Positions 24,461-37,313 of a DNA stretch of 64,000 nucleotides are shown here, one piece after another. The DNA is from Octopus sinensis (lineage: Eukaryota): the NCBI RefSeq assembly GCF_006345805.1, contig NC_042999.1, forward strand, positions 50,344,001 through 50,408,000, in the 5' to 3' direction. Position 1 is the first letter of the stretch, and every line of letters starts with the position of its first letter. The position numbers and the translations under genes are program-made. The notes under the pieces were generated by a model, which was not told where the DNA came from, made no database searches, and saw only the letters and a program-made list of their open reading frames with translations.

Positions 24461-25820
24461 ATCAAGTATTACAAGCAAATAAAATAAAAAGTGTTGCACA
24501 CTGATTAAGAACACCAAGGATGTAGAACTTATTATATTCAACTGGGTCTATGCTGATTTATGGCTAATCTATTGTGGTTATTCCAAGGATCCAGTTTTCT
24601 TTATCTAGCAACCAATCACTGATGACAAGATATCCTTATTTCTTCTCTCTTGTAAACATTTGTATTACAGCAGTTTAATAAAAGAACCACAAAGTATAAT
24701 TGTTTGCTTTACTTCTTCAATAGCTGCTGCGTCATATCTCCACCTAAGCATGCAGGTACATATAGGAAGCAACACAGAACAACAAAAGATTTTTATTACC
24801 ATCTCTTACAGAGAAATTTAAATTTTAAAAAATACATCCAAAAATGTTTGACATGATATTCTACCTTTGGACAATTGGCAGTTCTTGTGATCTTTTGTAG
24901 GCAAGTTCATTTACTCTGGAAGTCTTGTTTATTTTACATTCTTTTTTCTTGAAAAACACATGAAGTGTTTCTAGTTGAAAATTCAATATCCTTATTGATG
25001 TGGAAATCTTGAAAAATCTTGCACAAAATTTGTCAAGATTCCAAACAAAAAGCAATTCAGAGAGAAATTTCAATTATATCTTTGCTCTCTCATTTAATGA
25101 ATTAGAAAATTTATTTTCTTTTTAAAGTAGTTATTTCCTGAGTACACTTAACCTTAAGTTTTTCAACAATGTTTACTAATCTTTTGAATTTAATGAACAT
25201 TTTGTTGGAATTATTAAAAATGTATGTTTATTTTGAAAATCTCAGTAATTTTGATTTTCTCCAATGCATATTTTATTTATTCATTGGATTCTATATCTAT
25301 TCACACAATTGCATTAATTTCTTTAAAATTCTTGTATTTAAGAAAATTTCTAATATAGAACTTGTCATCTTCCAAACATCGTGTGTGTGTGTTTGCACGA
25401 ATGGAAACAGAATAATTAATACAACAGTAAAGTGAAATATAAATAATATGATGCAGTCTTTTTGTGATAATACATCATAACTTTAAGTTTTATACTCAGC
25501 TAATATTAAACATTTATTAGCCATTAAAAATTCAACTAGTTACCAAAATATCCATGATATATATATATGTTGTTTATATAGATAGTTTTGGAATTGCATC
25601 CTGGGTTAACACCTTATGAAAGCACTCACATCATTACAAATACCAATAGCAATGACTTATGTAACTTGGGTGATTAAAAATATAAGCAATGGTAGATGTA
25701 ACATAAAATGATGCAGTGATGGTAAAAAAGATGAGACAAATAAAAAGAAATCTTGGGGTTAGTAGTCCGCACTCTTAACCATTACGCCATACGCCTGTGG
25801 GCAGATTGAATGATTGACAG

Positions 25821-25891
<71 letters not shown>

Positions 25892-26558
25892 GGTTTGTGT
25901 GTACTTAAGTACCGGTGGTGTGTGTGTGTATATATAATATGTGTATGTATGGGCTGCTCTACATGTGTGTGTATTTGTGCATCTATGTGTAAACTCATAT
26001 GCATGCATTTGTAGACAGACTATCAGATAAAAAAGTAGACAAGAGAGAAAATATCTAAATAGATTGACAGATGTACAAACAAACAGAAACATAGAAATAC
26101 ACACTCACACACTCAGATGTGTATGCATGCGCGCATGTGTGTATGTGTTTGTGAGTAATAAGGATAAACATAAGTTTATTTTATTGTCTGTATATACGTT
26201 TAACCCAAGCCTCTAAATGCACTTCGAACACTTATTGCAGAGACCCAAACCACCATAATGGCGAAATGCATGCAAGAACTACCATATAAGTACGTGTTTA
26301 TCTTTATTTCTCCTGCATTTGCTCTGTAGTTCATAACTAGTGATACGACTTGGTGGTATACAAGTTACTTAACAACAATAAAGGAAGCAGACTGGATTAT
26401 AATAATCTGCATGGAGGCTTAAACATAACAGTAATAGTCATACATCTATTCGTACAAACAATTTCTATTATATGTGTGTGTGTTTGTTTGTGCATGTGTG
26501 TGAGTGTGAGCATATGTGCACGTGCATGTATATGTATGTATGTATGTATGTATATATA

Positions 26559-26620
<62 letters not shown>

Positions 26621-26695
26621 AAGATACAATATTATGGAGTATAAATCTAAACTTACAGGGAAAAATTCAATTTAGTATTAAATCAAATTTCACAA

Positions 26696-27073
26696 TATAT
26701 ATATATATATAAAGCTGAAGTTGTCTGTGTATGGCAGGTTTGGTAGCCTTCAACTAACACTATCTCCTCTGAGACCCTGCGGCACAAGTTGATCAAAATT
26801 GAGAGTATGATAGAAGAAGGCTTGCTCTTCTTTCCATAGAAGAAAAAATTCAAATTGGATTATGTTAACACCAAAAATTATTTACATCAAAAAGGTGCTT
26901 TTTTTCTATGAAAATCCCAATTTTTTACGATTTTTTTTACAGCTGTGTCGCCATTTTTTGGTGTATTTCAACCAGAAAAATGTTTGCTTACATAATGCAA
27001 AATTTTTACTTTTCAAAGATTCCAATTCTAAAGGGTCGAAACAAACCCGAGCAACGCTGGGCGATACTGCTAG
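26696..27073 (+). mobile_element. Non-autonomous Helitron
   Basis: 5' (TA)nTAAAGCTGAAGTTG; 3' GC-rich hairpin CCCGAGCAACGCTGGG followed by CTAG|T; no TSD. Confidence 0.8.
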
Positions 27074-27174
27074 TATATATATATAAATTAGAGAAAAACT
27101 ACTATTATGTAATTCAAACAATGATAGATGAAAATCATACGATATAGAAAAAGTAAAATATAGGATAAAACATT

Positions 27175-27249
<75 letters not shown>

Positions 27250-28424
27250 TATATATATGTGTGTGTGTATATATATATATACATGTCTGTGTGTCTAAGT
27301 TTAGAGAGATATAGAGAGAGACAGCCAGACAAACAGGTAGAAATGTAGAAAGACAGACAGAAATATATGAATGTACGATGGATAAATGTGACTATGTGAA
27401 GAAAAGTGTAAATACATACACACACACATGCATACATATTTCTGTGTGTATGTATATACGTATGCATGTGTGTGTGCATGAGAGTGTATGTGCGCACACA
27501 AGTGATCACAAAGATACACAAATGCTCACTTTTGTATAAATCTCAAACATTTGTCTTCAGGAAAAATATTTTAGGATGGATACAATTTATACAATATATT
27601 AAGAAAAATCCAACTGGAAAAAATTATCTTCATTGAAAGAATGACTTCAAGTACTAAATACTGCCTGTTTTAATTGAATGCCTTATGGTATTTGTTCCAG
27701 TCTGTAGAACAAGTCTCTCTACTATATATTGAGTACTATCTTTTTCTTTCATTTACAAACAGTAACATTTGGACATATATCCATATATTACTCAAAGTAT
27801 ACAGTATTACCAAACCATCACACCCTACAATCAGTTTTGCACCAGATATTAAGTAACTGGATGGTTACCTAAATAAGTGCACTCATCAAAGATGTCAGGT
27901 ATGGAAAACAATTTCCTTATTTTCTAATATCTGGCATGAAACTGTTTGGTGAGATGGGCTGATTTGGAACCATAATACTGTATGCTTTGGATTATAAACC
28001 CACTTTGACAAACATATGACTGCCAATTTTTTATGTCTTACAGATTAGTAGACAAGTGTGTATGTATGTATGTGAGTGTGTTTGTGCATTCATATATATA
28101 AGGACTTAAATTTTTCTTCTAACATTTTATTTAACAACTTGAATCAACCTTCAGGCAAAATATATTTCATGATAAATTTGATTCCCCTTTTATTGCTTCT
28201 GCTCATCAAACTATGATTATACTTTAAACTCCTTCAAAATAACAAACCCAAAATTAATATTTTCTATACATACACACATACACACACATACAAACATACA
28301 TACATACATACATACATACATACATACATACATACATACATACATACTACATACATACATACATACATACATACATACATACATACTCATCACGCATCCA
28401 ACTCTTCTCTCTCTCTCTCTGCAG

Positions 28425-28448
28425 TTAAAAGAAAAAGCAATAATAAAG
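28425..28448 (+). CDS. Candidate 24-nt microexon (LKEKAIIK or KRKSNNK)
   Basis: Long (CT)n tract plus GCAG acceptor, AAG|GTAAGG donor, length divisible by 3. The tract is itself a microsatellite. Confidence 0.4.
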
Positions 28449-28954
28449 GTAAGGTAAAGTTCAATAGAAATGGTCTTAGAACTAGAAATCTTGCAGAGAA
28501 ATACCATGCACTAAAGCTAAAACGTAATATTTTTCTTCAATTTCTTTCTGCTCAAAAACACAGTTCAGAAAGTGTAAGAAATAAAAATCTGAAACATTAA
28601 AAACATTTGAAGTAGATAGCAGCAATGGAATCATTTTAAAACATTTGTCTTCAGAAAAGAAAGAAAAAAAAATCTAGGATGAACACAATGTATAAATAAA
28701 AAGAAGATTTAACCAACTAGAAAAAAAACATATTTACTGAAAAATTACTTCAGGGTCTGAATACTGTTTGTTTATGATGATCACAGACAGCGATATATAA
28801 AAGTAAATTGAAAATAATATAGGTACGTATGTAAACATCCAATATACATAGATTAAACTATATATATATATATAATATATATATTATATATATATAATAT
28901 ATATATATATATATTATATATATATGTATATATATATATGTATATATACTCTTT

Positions 28955-29342
28955 TACCCCTTTATTTTTTTCAGTCATTCGACAGCGGCCATGCTGGAGC
29001 ACTGCCTTTAGTCGAGCAAATTGACCCCGGGACTTATTCTTTGTAAGCCTAGTACTTATTCTATTGGTCTCTTTTGCTGAACCGCTAAGTTATAGGGACG
29101 TAAACAAACCACCATCAGTTGTCAAACGATGTTGGGGGGACAAACATATATACACACATACATTTATATATATATATACATACATATATACGACGGTTTC
29201 CATCTACCAAATCCACTCACAAGGCTTTGGTTGGCCTGAGGCCATAGTAGGAGACACTTGCCCAAGGTGCCACACAGTGGGTATGAACCCGGAACCATGT
29301 GGTTGGTAAGCAAGCTACTTACCACACAGCCACTCCTGTGCC
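28955..29342 (-). mobile_element. SINE family A
   Basis: Reverse-complement family A body. Confidence 0.88.
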
Positions 29343-29409
29343 TTTCTATATATATATATATGTATTCATGTATATGTATATATATGTGTGTGTGTATGTA
29401 GATAGATGG

Positions 29410-29444
<35 letters not shown>

Positions 29445-30422
29445 TATTTAGATAGACAGATAGATGTATACATTCATTCACTTTTGCAATAATAATGATA
29501 ACAATAATAATAATGGTTTAAATAATGTTGGCTCAAGGCCAGCAATTTTGGGGGAGGGGATAGGTCAGTGACATTGTCTCCAGTGATGAACTGGTCTTTA
29601 TTTTATTGATTCCAAGAAGATAAAAGGTAAAGTTGAACTCAGCAGAAGCTGAACTCAGAATGTAAAGACAGATGAAACACTCCTTACCAATACTGCCAGC
29701 TTGCCGCCAACAATAATTCTTTCTATTCAAGGCACAAGGCCTGAAATTTGGGGGAAGGAGTTAGTCGATTACATCAAACCCAGTGCTCAACTGGTACTTC
29801 TTTTATTAACCCTCTAAAAAAGAAAGGCAAAATCAACCTTAGCGGAATTTGAACTCAGAACACTAAGACAGGTGAAATGGCACTAAGCATTTTGTGTGGC
29901 ATGCTAATGATTCTGCCAGCTTGCCACTTAAGTAATAATAATAATAATCCTTTCTACTATAGGCACAAGGCCAGAAATTTGAAGTGGGGGTGAAGGGCTA
30001 GTCGATTACAACTACCCCAGTGCTCAGCAGGTATTTATTTCATTGTTCCTCAAAGGTTGAAAGGCAAAGTCGACCTAAGTGGAATTTGAACTCAGAACAT
30101 AAAGATGGATGAAAAACCACTGAGCATTTTATCTGGTATGTTAGCAATATGGTTGTGATGTGTGTGCCTGGAATACCCCTGTCAGATGGGTAATCATTAT
30201 GGGTGTATTGTTTCATAAATTTGTACCCTAGTGTCACTTTAATGGTCACTTGCTTGCTCAATCCCTCCCTTACTCATTCATCCTCATCACCACCACCACC
30301 ACCAACAACAACAACAATAAGATGATGATGATGATGATGATGATGATAATTCCAGAGTAAGAAACATAAATTTTGGGTTAGGCCTCAATAAATTAAATGC
30401 CAGGCACCACTCCAATTTTCAG

Positions 30423-30484
30423 TTCAACGTGATCTTTCAACAATGATAAGAGACGTTAAAAACCCAGTCATCAACAAATTTTCT
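30423..30484 (+). CDS. Candidate exon (QRDLSTMIRDVKNPVINKFS)
   Basis: CCAATTTTCAG acceptor, TCT|GTGAAT donor, open phase 1 to 0. Confidence 0.28.
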
Positions 30485-30798
30485 GTGAATATTTCAATTT
30501 CCTAAACTATCTCTTCCCTGATGATATGAAAAAATATTAAGTTGAAAGCTATTTAAATAATTCTAATTCCAATACGCTTTTTGGCACTTTTAGCACTTAA
30601 TCTTCCATACTTTCAAACTACATTATGTAATCTGTCACTCATCACACTTTAGGTAAAAACAAAAATATGCAGCAATGGACTATTATGTCACCAGGGTTGA
30701 TCCTTAGATTTGAATGCTTTTATTTTGTTACTCAACATTTCCATGTATCTTCATATTTTCCTTAATGTATCTGCATTAAGTATATGTGTATACATATA

Positions 30799-31364
30799 CT
30801 GGGTTGTCTGGAAAGTTCGTGCCGATTTATAGTAGCTTACCTTTCAACTTATTTTAGGACATGGTTGAGTCCATAAAATAGGATTTTACTACACCTCCAT
30901 TTAGAGCATAGTTTAAGCTATCTTTTCATGGAAGAAGGTTAATGTTCCTATAACCTGTGTTAATTCTGTAACCCTTTAAAATAGAAGCTAAGAAAGTTCA
31001 TTTTCAGCACTTGATGCTTTGGGAACCAGACAAAAATTGCTGCAGCTTGGCTGGGATGTGTTACCCCACCCTCCATATTCACCAGATATTGCTCCTTCGG
31101 ATTTCTACTTATTCAGGTCTCTGCGGAATAGTCTTAATGGTAAAAATTTCAATTCTCTGGATGCCGTAAAAAAATACCTCAATGAATTCTTTGCCATGAA
31201 ACCACCTCAATTCTGTGAAGAGGGTATTTTCAAGTTAAAGGAAAGATGGAGACGCATTGTGCAATAAAATGGTTCATATTTGGCTGATTAAAAATGTAAT
31301 GGCAAGTATTTATTGACCTTTTTCTCTCCTTTAAAAATCGTCACAAACTTTCCAGTCAACCCAA
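30799..31364 (+). mobile_element. Non-autonomous mariner, same deletion derivative as 7531-8065
   Basis: TA-flanked TIRs; IEAKKVHFQHLMLWE joined out of frame at ~31025 to TRQKLLQLGWDVLPHPPYSPDIAPSDFYLFRSL...GIFKLKERWRRIV. Confidence 0.93.
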
Positions 31365-31819
31365 TATGAATGTGTGTGTGTGTGTGTGTGTATGTGTGTG
31401 ATGCTTTTAAGTAGTGCTTGCATGCCTAGCTTTCATTGTTACTGTTGTTTAGTCTCAGCAATCGTCTTTAAAGGAAAGAACATATTGCATGATGTTGTCC
31501 GAGATACACAATGCTTCAGAAATAATGACATGGTCTTCTGTTGATCTTATCTTTCTCTTTTTACTTTTCGTCCCCCATCTTCTTTGTATTATTTGTGTGC
31601 ATGAATTTGCACAAGACTTAAGGAGATTTAACTGGTATTTCTAGCAGACTGACTGATTATGTAGCAGTATCCTAGTTACTTAATCTGCATTTCAAGCTGA
31701 TTCAATTAATGCACAGTTAAAATCCTGAATCACTAACATTAAGATACACTCACACATTTACTTACTTTATTCACTTGATTACAGTTTAATACAGGGTTAA
31801 AGCATTAGAAACAAAACTG

Positions 31820-32147
31820 CAGGAGTGGCTGTGTGGTAAGTAGCTTGCTTACCAACCACATTGTTCCAGGTTCAGTTCCACTGCATGGCACCTTGAGCAA
31901 ATGTCTTCTGCTGTAGCTTCAGGCTGACCAAAGCCTTGTGATTGGATTTGGTAGACAGAAACTGAAAGAAGCCCATCGTATATATATATATTCCAGGAGT
32001 GGCTGTGTGGTAAGTAGCTTGCTTACCAACCACATGGTTCCAAGTTCAGTTCCACTGCATGGCACCTTGGGCAAGTGTCTTCTACTATAGGCTTGGGCTG
32101 ACCAAAGCCTTGTGAGTGGATTTGGTAGACAGAAACTGAAAGAAGCC

Positions 32148-32200
<53 letters not shown>

Positions 32201-32395
32201 TATATATCTGTGTGTGTGTTTGTCACCCCGTGGTGTGTTTGCATCCTTGTAACTTAGTGGTTCGACAAAAGAGACCGATAGAATAAGTACTGGGCTTACA
32301 AAGAATAAGTCCTGGGGTCAATTTGTTCAACTAACTGGGGTGCTCCAGCATGGCCACAGTCAAATGACTGAAACAAATAAAGGAATAAAGGAATT
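31820..32395 (+). mobile_element. SINE family A with tandemly duplicated head
   Basis: Head segment at 31820-31985 is repeated at 31996 and then continues to the tail. Confidence 0.88.
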
Positions 32396-32761
32396 ACTAC
32401 ATATAAAGCATGCTGTAGCAGTAGATCACCATTTCAACTAAAATATTCTCAATTGTTTCACAACAAAGGACCCCCTGTTTTCAAATGAATGTTCCCCACA
32501 GACCTCAGGCTTCTGAAAGGTCTGTCTCTTCAATAAGTCAATTTTATTAACTAATAACATGCTTTGTTGCCCCAGTTTCCCCTCAAGAAATATAGATGAA
32601 ACACAAGAATCATATGTAATGGAATAATTATTTGTGTTTTTTTACTCTGTAGCCTTTTAGAATTTTGAACACAGCTCATGGACCCACAATGCAACATAAT
32701 CAGTGACTGTAGGTCCCAGGTTAGTGGCTACAAATTTAATGAGTAGCTATTCACCTGAACC

Positions 32762-32950
32762 TTGAAAAAGAAAGAAAGAAAGAAGAAAGAAAGAGAGAAA
32801 GAAAGAAAAAGAAAGAAAAAAAAGAGAGAGAGAGAGAGAGAAAGAAAGAAGAGAAAGAGAGAGAGAGAGAGGGAAAGAAAGAAAGAAAGAGAGAAAGAAA
32901 GAAAAAGAAAGACAGAGAGAGAGAGAGAGAGAAAGAAAGAAAGAAAAAAA
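32762..32950. repeat. (GA)n/(GAAA)n purine tract
   Basis: About 190 bp almost purely A/G on the plus strand. Confidence 0.95.
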
Positions 32951-33559
32951 GTCAATGGGAAGAAAAAATTTGTTTAGAAATCTGAAATAAGATTTAGTGT
33001 TAAATATATTTCTTACTCATGAATTCAGCAAGATTTCAATAATGATGGCTTCACTTACCTGAAATAGAAGAAAAAAATATAACATAAGTACTGCGAAAAT
33101 GAAATAAGTATGCAAGTAAAATATGAATTCTCCTTACATGCATTACATGGTTTTTAGAAAAATAAGTAAGCTTTTTTCTTTATGTATGTGTGTACATATG
33201 ACTGGATGTGTGTGAGAGAGAAAGGGAAAGAGAGACAGACAAAGACAGAGAGAAACAGCATTTTGAATTTGTACCTCAGAGATAATAAGGAATCATAAAG
33301 ATGCAGAATTTTGAAAATATCTCGTGAAAGTAAACAGGGAAATTATCAAATGAAATGCTATTCCCAAATTTCATTAAAATAATTCATCAATATAACTGCC
33401 GTATTTTTTTCCCTCCAGTAACCTATATCTGCAATCATGGCCCTGATATTGAGCCTACTCTCCACTTTGCAGTTCTTTCCAAACCATAATCAAAATAATC
33501 ATCCTGGAATTTTTGATTCTTACACTATGTCTACTGGTTACATCTATAAATTTATCGTT

Positions 33560-33775
33560 TGCCAGCCTGCTCTGGCACCTGTGCTGGTGGCACGTAAAAA
33601 ACACCCACTACACTCACAGAGTGGTTGGCATTAGGAAGGGCATCCAGTTGTAGAAACACTGCCAAATCAGACTAGAGCCTGGTGCAGCCTCCATGGCTTC
33701 CAGACCCCGGTCGAGCCATCCAACCCATGCTAGCAGGGAAAACGGACGTTAAATGATGATGATGATGATGATGAG
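33560..33775 (+). mobile_element. RTE 3'UTR-derived short element, one repeat unit, (GAT)n tail
   Basis: GGCACGTAAAAAACACCCACTACACTC...CCAACCCATGCTAGC...(GAT)n is colinear with the RTE 3' end at 35500-35690. Confidence 0.85.
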
Positions 33776-34227
33776 TTACTTCAATAATAATTATAAACTA
33801 AATCCAGTAGAATGTGGAGGCGCAATGGCCCAGTGGTTAGGGTGGCGTACTCGTGGTCGGAGGATCGTGGTTTCGATTCCCAGACTGGGCATTGTGTGTG
33901 TTTATTGAGCGAAAACACCTAAAAAAAACTCCACGAGGCTCTGGCAGGGGGTGTTGGCAACCCCTCTTGTACTCTTTCACCACAACTTTCTCTCATCCTC
34001 TCTTCCTGTTTCTTGAGTAATGCTGTGATGGACTGGAGTCCCGTCCAGCTAGGAGGAACACATACCAGGCCCATGAACCTGGCTAGGCTTGAAAAGGGCA
34101 GAAAAAAAAGTATCCAGGAAGATACTCCAAAGCTTGGAGTAGAGCTAACATCTGTAGATTTTTTTACTAGTAAAATGAAGATGAAAAATCCAAGTTTGAA
34201 TACACTTCAAGTATATTACTCTCTCTC

Positions 34228-34637
34228 TTTTACTCTTTGACTTGTTTCAGTCATTTGACTGTGGCCATGCTGGAGCACCACCTTTAGTCAAGCAAATCGA
34301 CCCCAGGACTTATTCTTTGGAAGCCTAGTACTTATTCTATCAGACTCTTTTGCTGAACTGCTAAGTTACAGGGACATAAACACACCAGCATCGGTTGTCA
34401 AGTGATGTTTGTTGGGGGGACAAACACAGACACACAGACACTCACACATACATATATATACATATACATATATACGATGGGCTTCTTTCAGTTTCCGTCT
34501 ACCAAATCCACTCACAAGACTTTGGTCGGCGTGAGGGTATAGTAGAAGACACCTGCCCAAGGTACCACGCAGTGGGAATGAACCCGGAACCATGCGGTTG
34601 GTAAGCAAGCTACTTACCACACAGTCACTCCTGCACC
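34228..34637 (-). mobile_element. SINE family A
   Basis: Reverse-complement family A body. Confidence 0.88.
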
Positions 34638-34754
34638 TATATAAATATATTTCAAACATTATACGTTTGCATTCATTTTCTGAAAATATTGATTACTTCA
34701 CTGTTTTGATTCCTATATATATAAACAAGCAACAGACTATACTACTTTTTTTAG

Positions 34755-34883
34755 TTGATGTCCTGAGGACTTCCAGCTATGCCAGTTATCTGTTGATTAG
34801 ATTTCAGATATCATACGAACATAGAGTAGGTTGGAAGGCATCTCTTGACATCTTAGTTACCAGACTTACGTCTATTGAATGTT
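34755..34883 (+). CDS. Candidate 129-nt internal exon (DVLRTSSYASYLLIRFQISYEHRVGWKASLDILVTRLTSIEC)
   Basis: CTACTTTTTTTAG acceptor, GTGAGT donor at 34884, symmetric phase 1-1, stop-free, not explained by any repeat I recognise. Best exon candidate in the window. Confidence 0.5.
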
Positions 34884-35153
34884 GTGAGTTTCAGTGAAAA
34901 ATCTAGGAACAGGAGCATTGTTCAAGCTGACCATGATATGGCAACAGTACTTCATTGATAACATCAATATTTATTTTTCATAAAGGTATTCTTCAGATGA
35001 ATCATTAACAGAAGTGCGGTCATGTGCCTAAGAAGTTTACTTTTCACTATGCCTGACTGAAGATACTTGGGCAAGTGTCTTCTCCTGTAAACCTTGGATT
35101 GACTAATGTATTGTTAGTTGAATCTGCTAGCTAAAAAAAACTATGCAAAAACC

Positions 35154-35187
<34 letters not shown>

Positions 35188-35334
35188 CATATACACACAC
35201 ACACACACATATATATATATACACACATATGTACCTACATACAGATATATGGAGGTATATATATACATACATGTATAATATATTTATACATATGTTTATA
35301 AGTGAGTGTATGCACATGTGTGTGTGTGTGTTTG

Positions 35335-35375
<41 letters not shown>

Positions 35376-35499
35376 TGAGATATATATATATATATATATA
35401 TATATAGTTGAAAAGGAATTAAGAATTCATACAAATCAAAGGTTTCAAGTAAAAAGTATAAGTGGAAATAGAACAGAAGTATGTTTAAAGATAATTAAA

Positions 35500-37313
35500 T
35501 CATCATCATCATCGTTTAGCGTCCGTTTTCCATGCTAGCATGGGTTGGACGGGTCAACTGGGGTCTGTGAAGCTGGAAGGCTTCGTCAGGCCCAGTCAGA
35601 TCTGGCAGTGTTTCTACAGCTGGATGCCCTTCCTAACGCCAACCACTCCGCGAGTGTAGTGGGTGTTTAATACGTGCCACCTGCACAGGTGCCAGACAGA
35701 GCTGGCGAACGGCCACGAACAGATGGTGCTTTTACGTGTCACCGGCACGGGGCCAGGCGATGCTGGCAACGGACACGAACGGATGGTGCTTTTACGTGCC
35801 ACCGACACGGGGCCAGACAGAGCTGGCAACCGGCCACGAACGGATGGTGCTTTTACGTGCCACCGACACGGTTGCCAGACAGAGCTGGCAAACGGCCACG
35901 AGCGGACGGTGCTTTTACGTGTCACCGGCACGGGGGCCAGCCGAGGCTGGCAATGGACACGGACGGATGGTGCTTTTACGTGCCACCGACACGGGGCCAG
36001 ACAGAGCTGGCAAACGGCCACGAACGGATGGTGCTTTTACGTGTCACCGGCACGGGGGCCAGCCGAGGCTGGCAACGGACGCAAACAGATGGTGCTTTTA
36101 CGTGCCACCGACACGGTTGCCAGACAGAGCTGGCAAACAGCCACGAGCGGACAGTGCTTTTACGTGTCACCGGCACGGGGGCCAGCCGAGGCTGGCAACG
36201 GACACGGACGGATGGTGCTTTTACGTGCCACCGACACGGGGCCAGACAGAGCTGGCAAACGGCCACGAACGGATGGTGCTCTTACGTGCCACCGACACGG
36301 GGCCAGACAGAGCTGGCCAACGGCCACGAACGGACGGTGCTTTTACGTGTCACCGGCACAGGGCCAGGCGAGGCTGGCAACGAACACGAACGGATGGTGC
36401 TTTTACGTGCCACCAACACGGGGCCAGGCAGAGCTGGCAAACGGCCATGAGCGAATGGTGCTTTTACGTATCACCGGCACGGGTGCCAGACGAGGCTGAC
36501 AGCGGACACGAACAGATGGGTCACTTAACCCCTGCTTTCTGATATATGATTTGATTTTGATTGTTCTCACTGGTCTTGCCGGGTCTTCTCACGCACAGCA
36601 TACTTCCATAGGTCTCGGTCTCTGGTCATTTCTTGGTGAGACCTAGAGTTCGAAGGGCGCTTCACCACCTCGACCCAGGTTTTCCTGGGTCTACATCTTC
36701 CACAGGTCCCCTCAACTGCCAGGGTGTGGCACTTTTTCACACACCTATCTTCATCCATTCTCACCACATGACCATACCAGCACAATCGTCTCTTGCACAC
36801 AACATCTGATTCCTCTTAGGTCCAACTTTTCTCTCAAGGTACTTACACTCTGTCGACTATGAACACTGACATTACACATCCGACGGAGCATACTAGCTTC
36901 ATTTCTCGCGAGCTTACGCATGTCCTCAGCAGTCACGGCCCATGTTTCACTGCCATGTAGCATGGCTGTTCGTACACATGCATCATACAGTCTGCCTTTT
37001 ACTCTGAGCGAGAGGCCTTTAGTCACCAACAGAGGTAAGAGCTCCCTAAACTTTGCCCAGGCTATTCTTACTCTAGCCGTTACACTTTCAGCACACCACC
37101 CCCACTACTGACTTGGTCACCAAGATAACGGAAGCTATCAACCACTTCTAGTTTTTCCCCCTGGAAAGTGACGGAAGTTGTTTTCTGCAGATTTTCAGAG
37201 GTTAATGCTCCCGAGCATCTGCCACATACAAAAACCATCTTCCTAGTTAGCCTTCCTATGACATTGCTGCACCTCTTATGTGTCCATAGCTTACACTTGG
37301 TGCATCTTATAGA
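35500..37313 (-). mobile_element. 5'-truncated RTE-clade LINE (ORF2 C-terminus + 3'UTR + (GAT)n tail)
   Basis: EVVDSFRYLGDQ, RIAWAKFRELLPLL, GRLYDACVRTAMLHGSETW, RRLCWYGHVVRM, GRCRPRKTW; stop at 36567; two frameshifts; tail at ~35500-35513. Confidence 0.93.
35663..36520. repeat. GC-rich minisatellite, 14 units of ~60-62 bp, two unit types, inside the RTE 3'UTR
   Basis: TACGT core at 35671, 35733, 35793, 35854, 35916, 35977, 36038, 36099, 36161, 36222, 36283, 36344, 36404, 36466 (later positions +/-1). Confidence 0.95.

Noticed and set aside
25755-25800. tRNA gene (minus-strand GGCGTATGGCGTAATGGTTAAGAGTGCGG)
   Set aside because: Only the 5' half (A box); no T arm or acceptor 3' strand. It is a truncated SINE head. 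The same applies to all other tRNA-like heads here.
32762-32977. Lys/Arg/Glu-rich ORF
   Set aside because: Translation of a (GA)/(GAAA) tract.
35663-36520. CRISPR-like repeat-spacer array
   Set aside because: The intervening parts are themselves repeated (two types), not unique spacers; no cas genes; eukaryotic LINE context.
35663-36542. Three overlapping 258-278 aa ORFs as a real gene
   Set aside because: They arise because the repeat unit lacks plus-strand stops; they are antisense to a LINE 3'UTR and switch frame with unit length.
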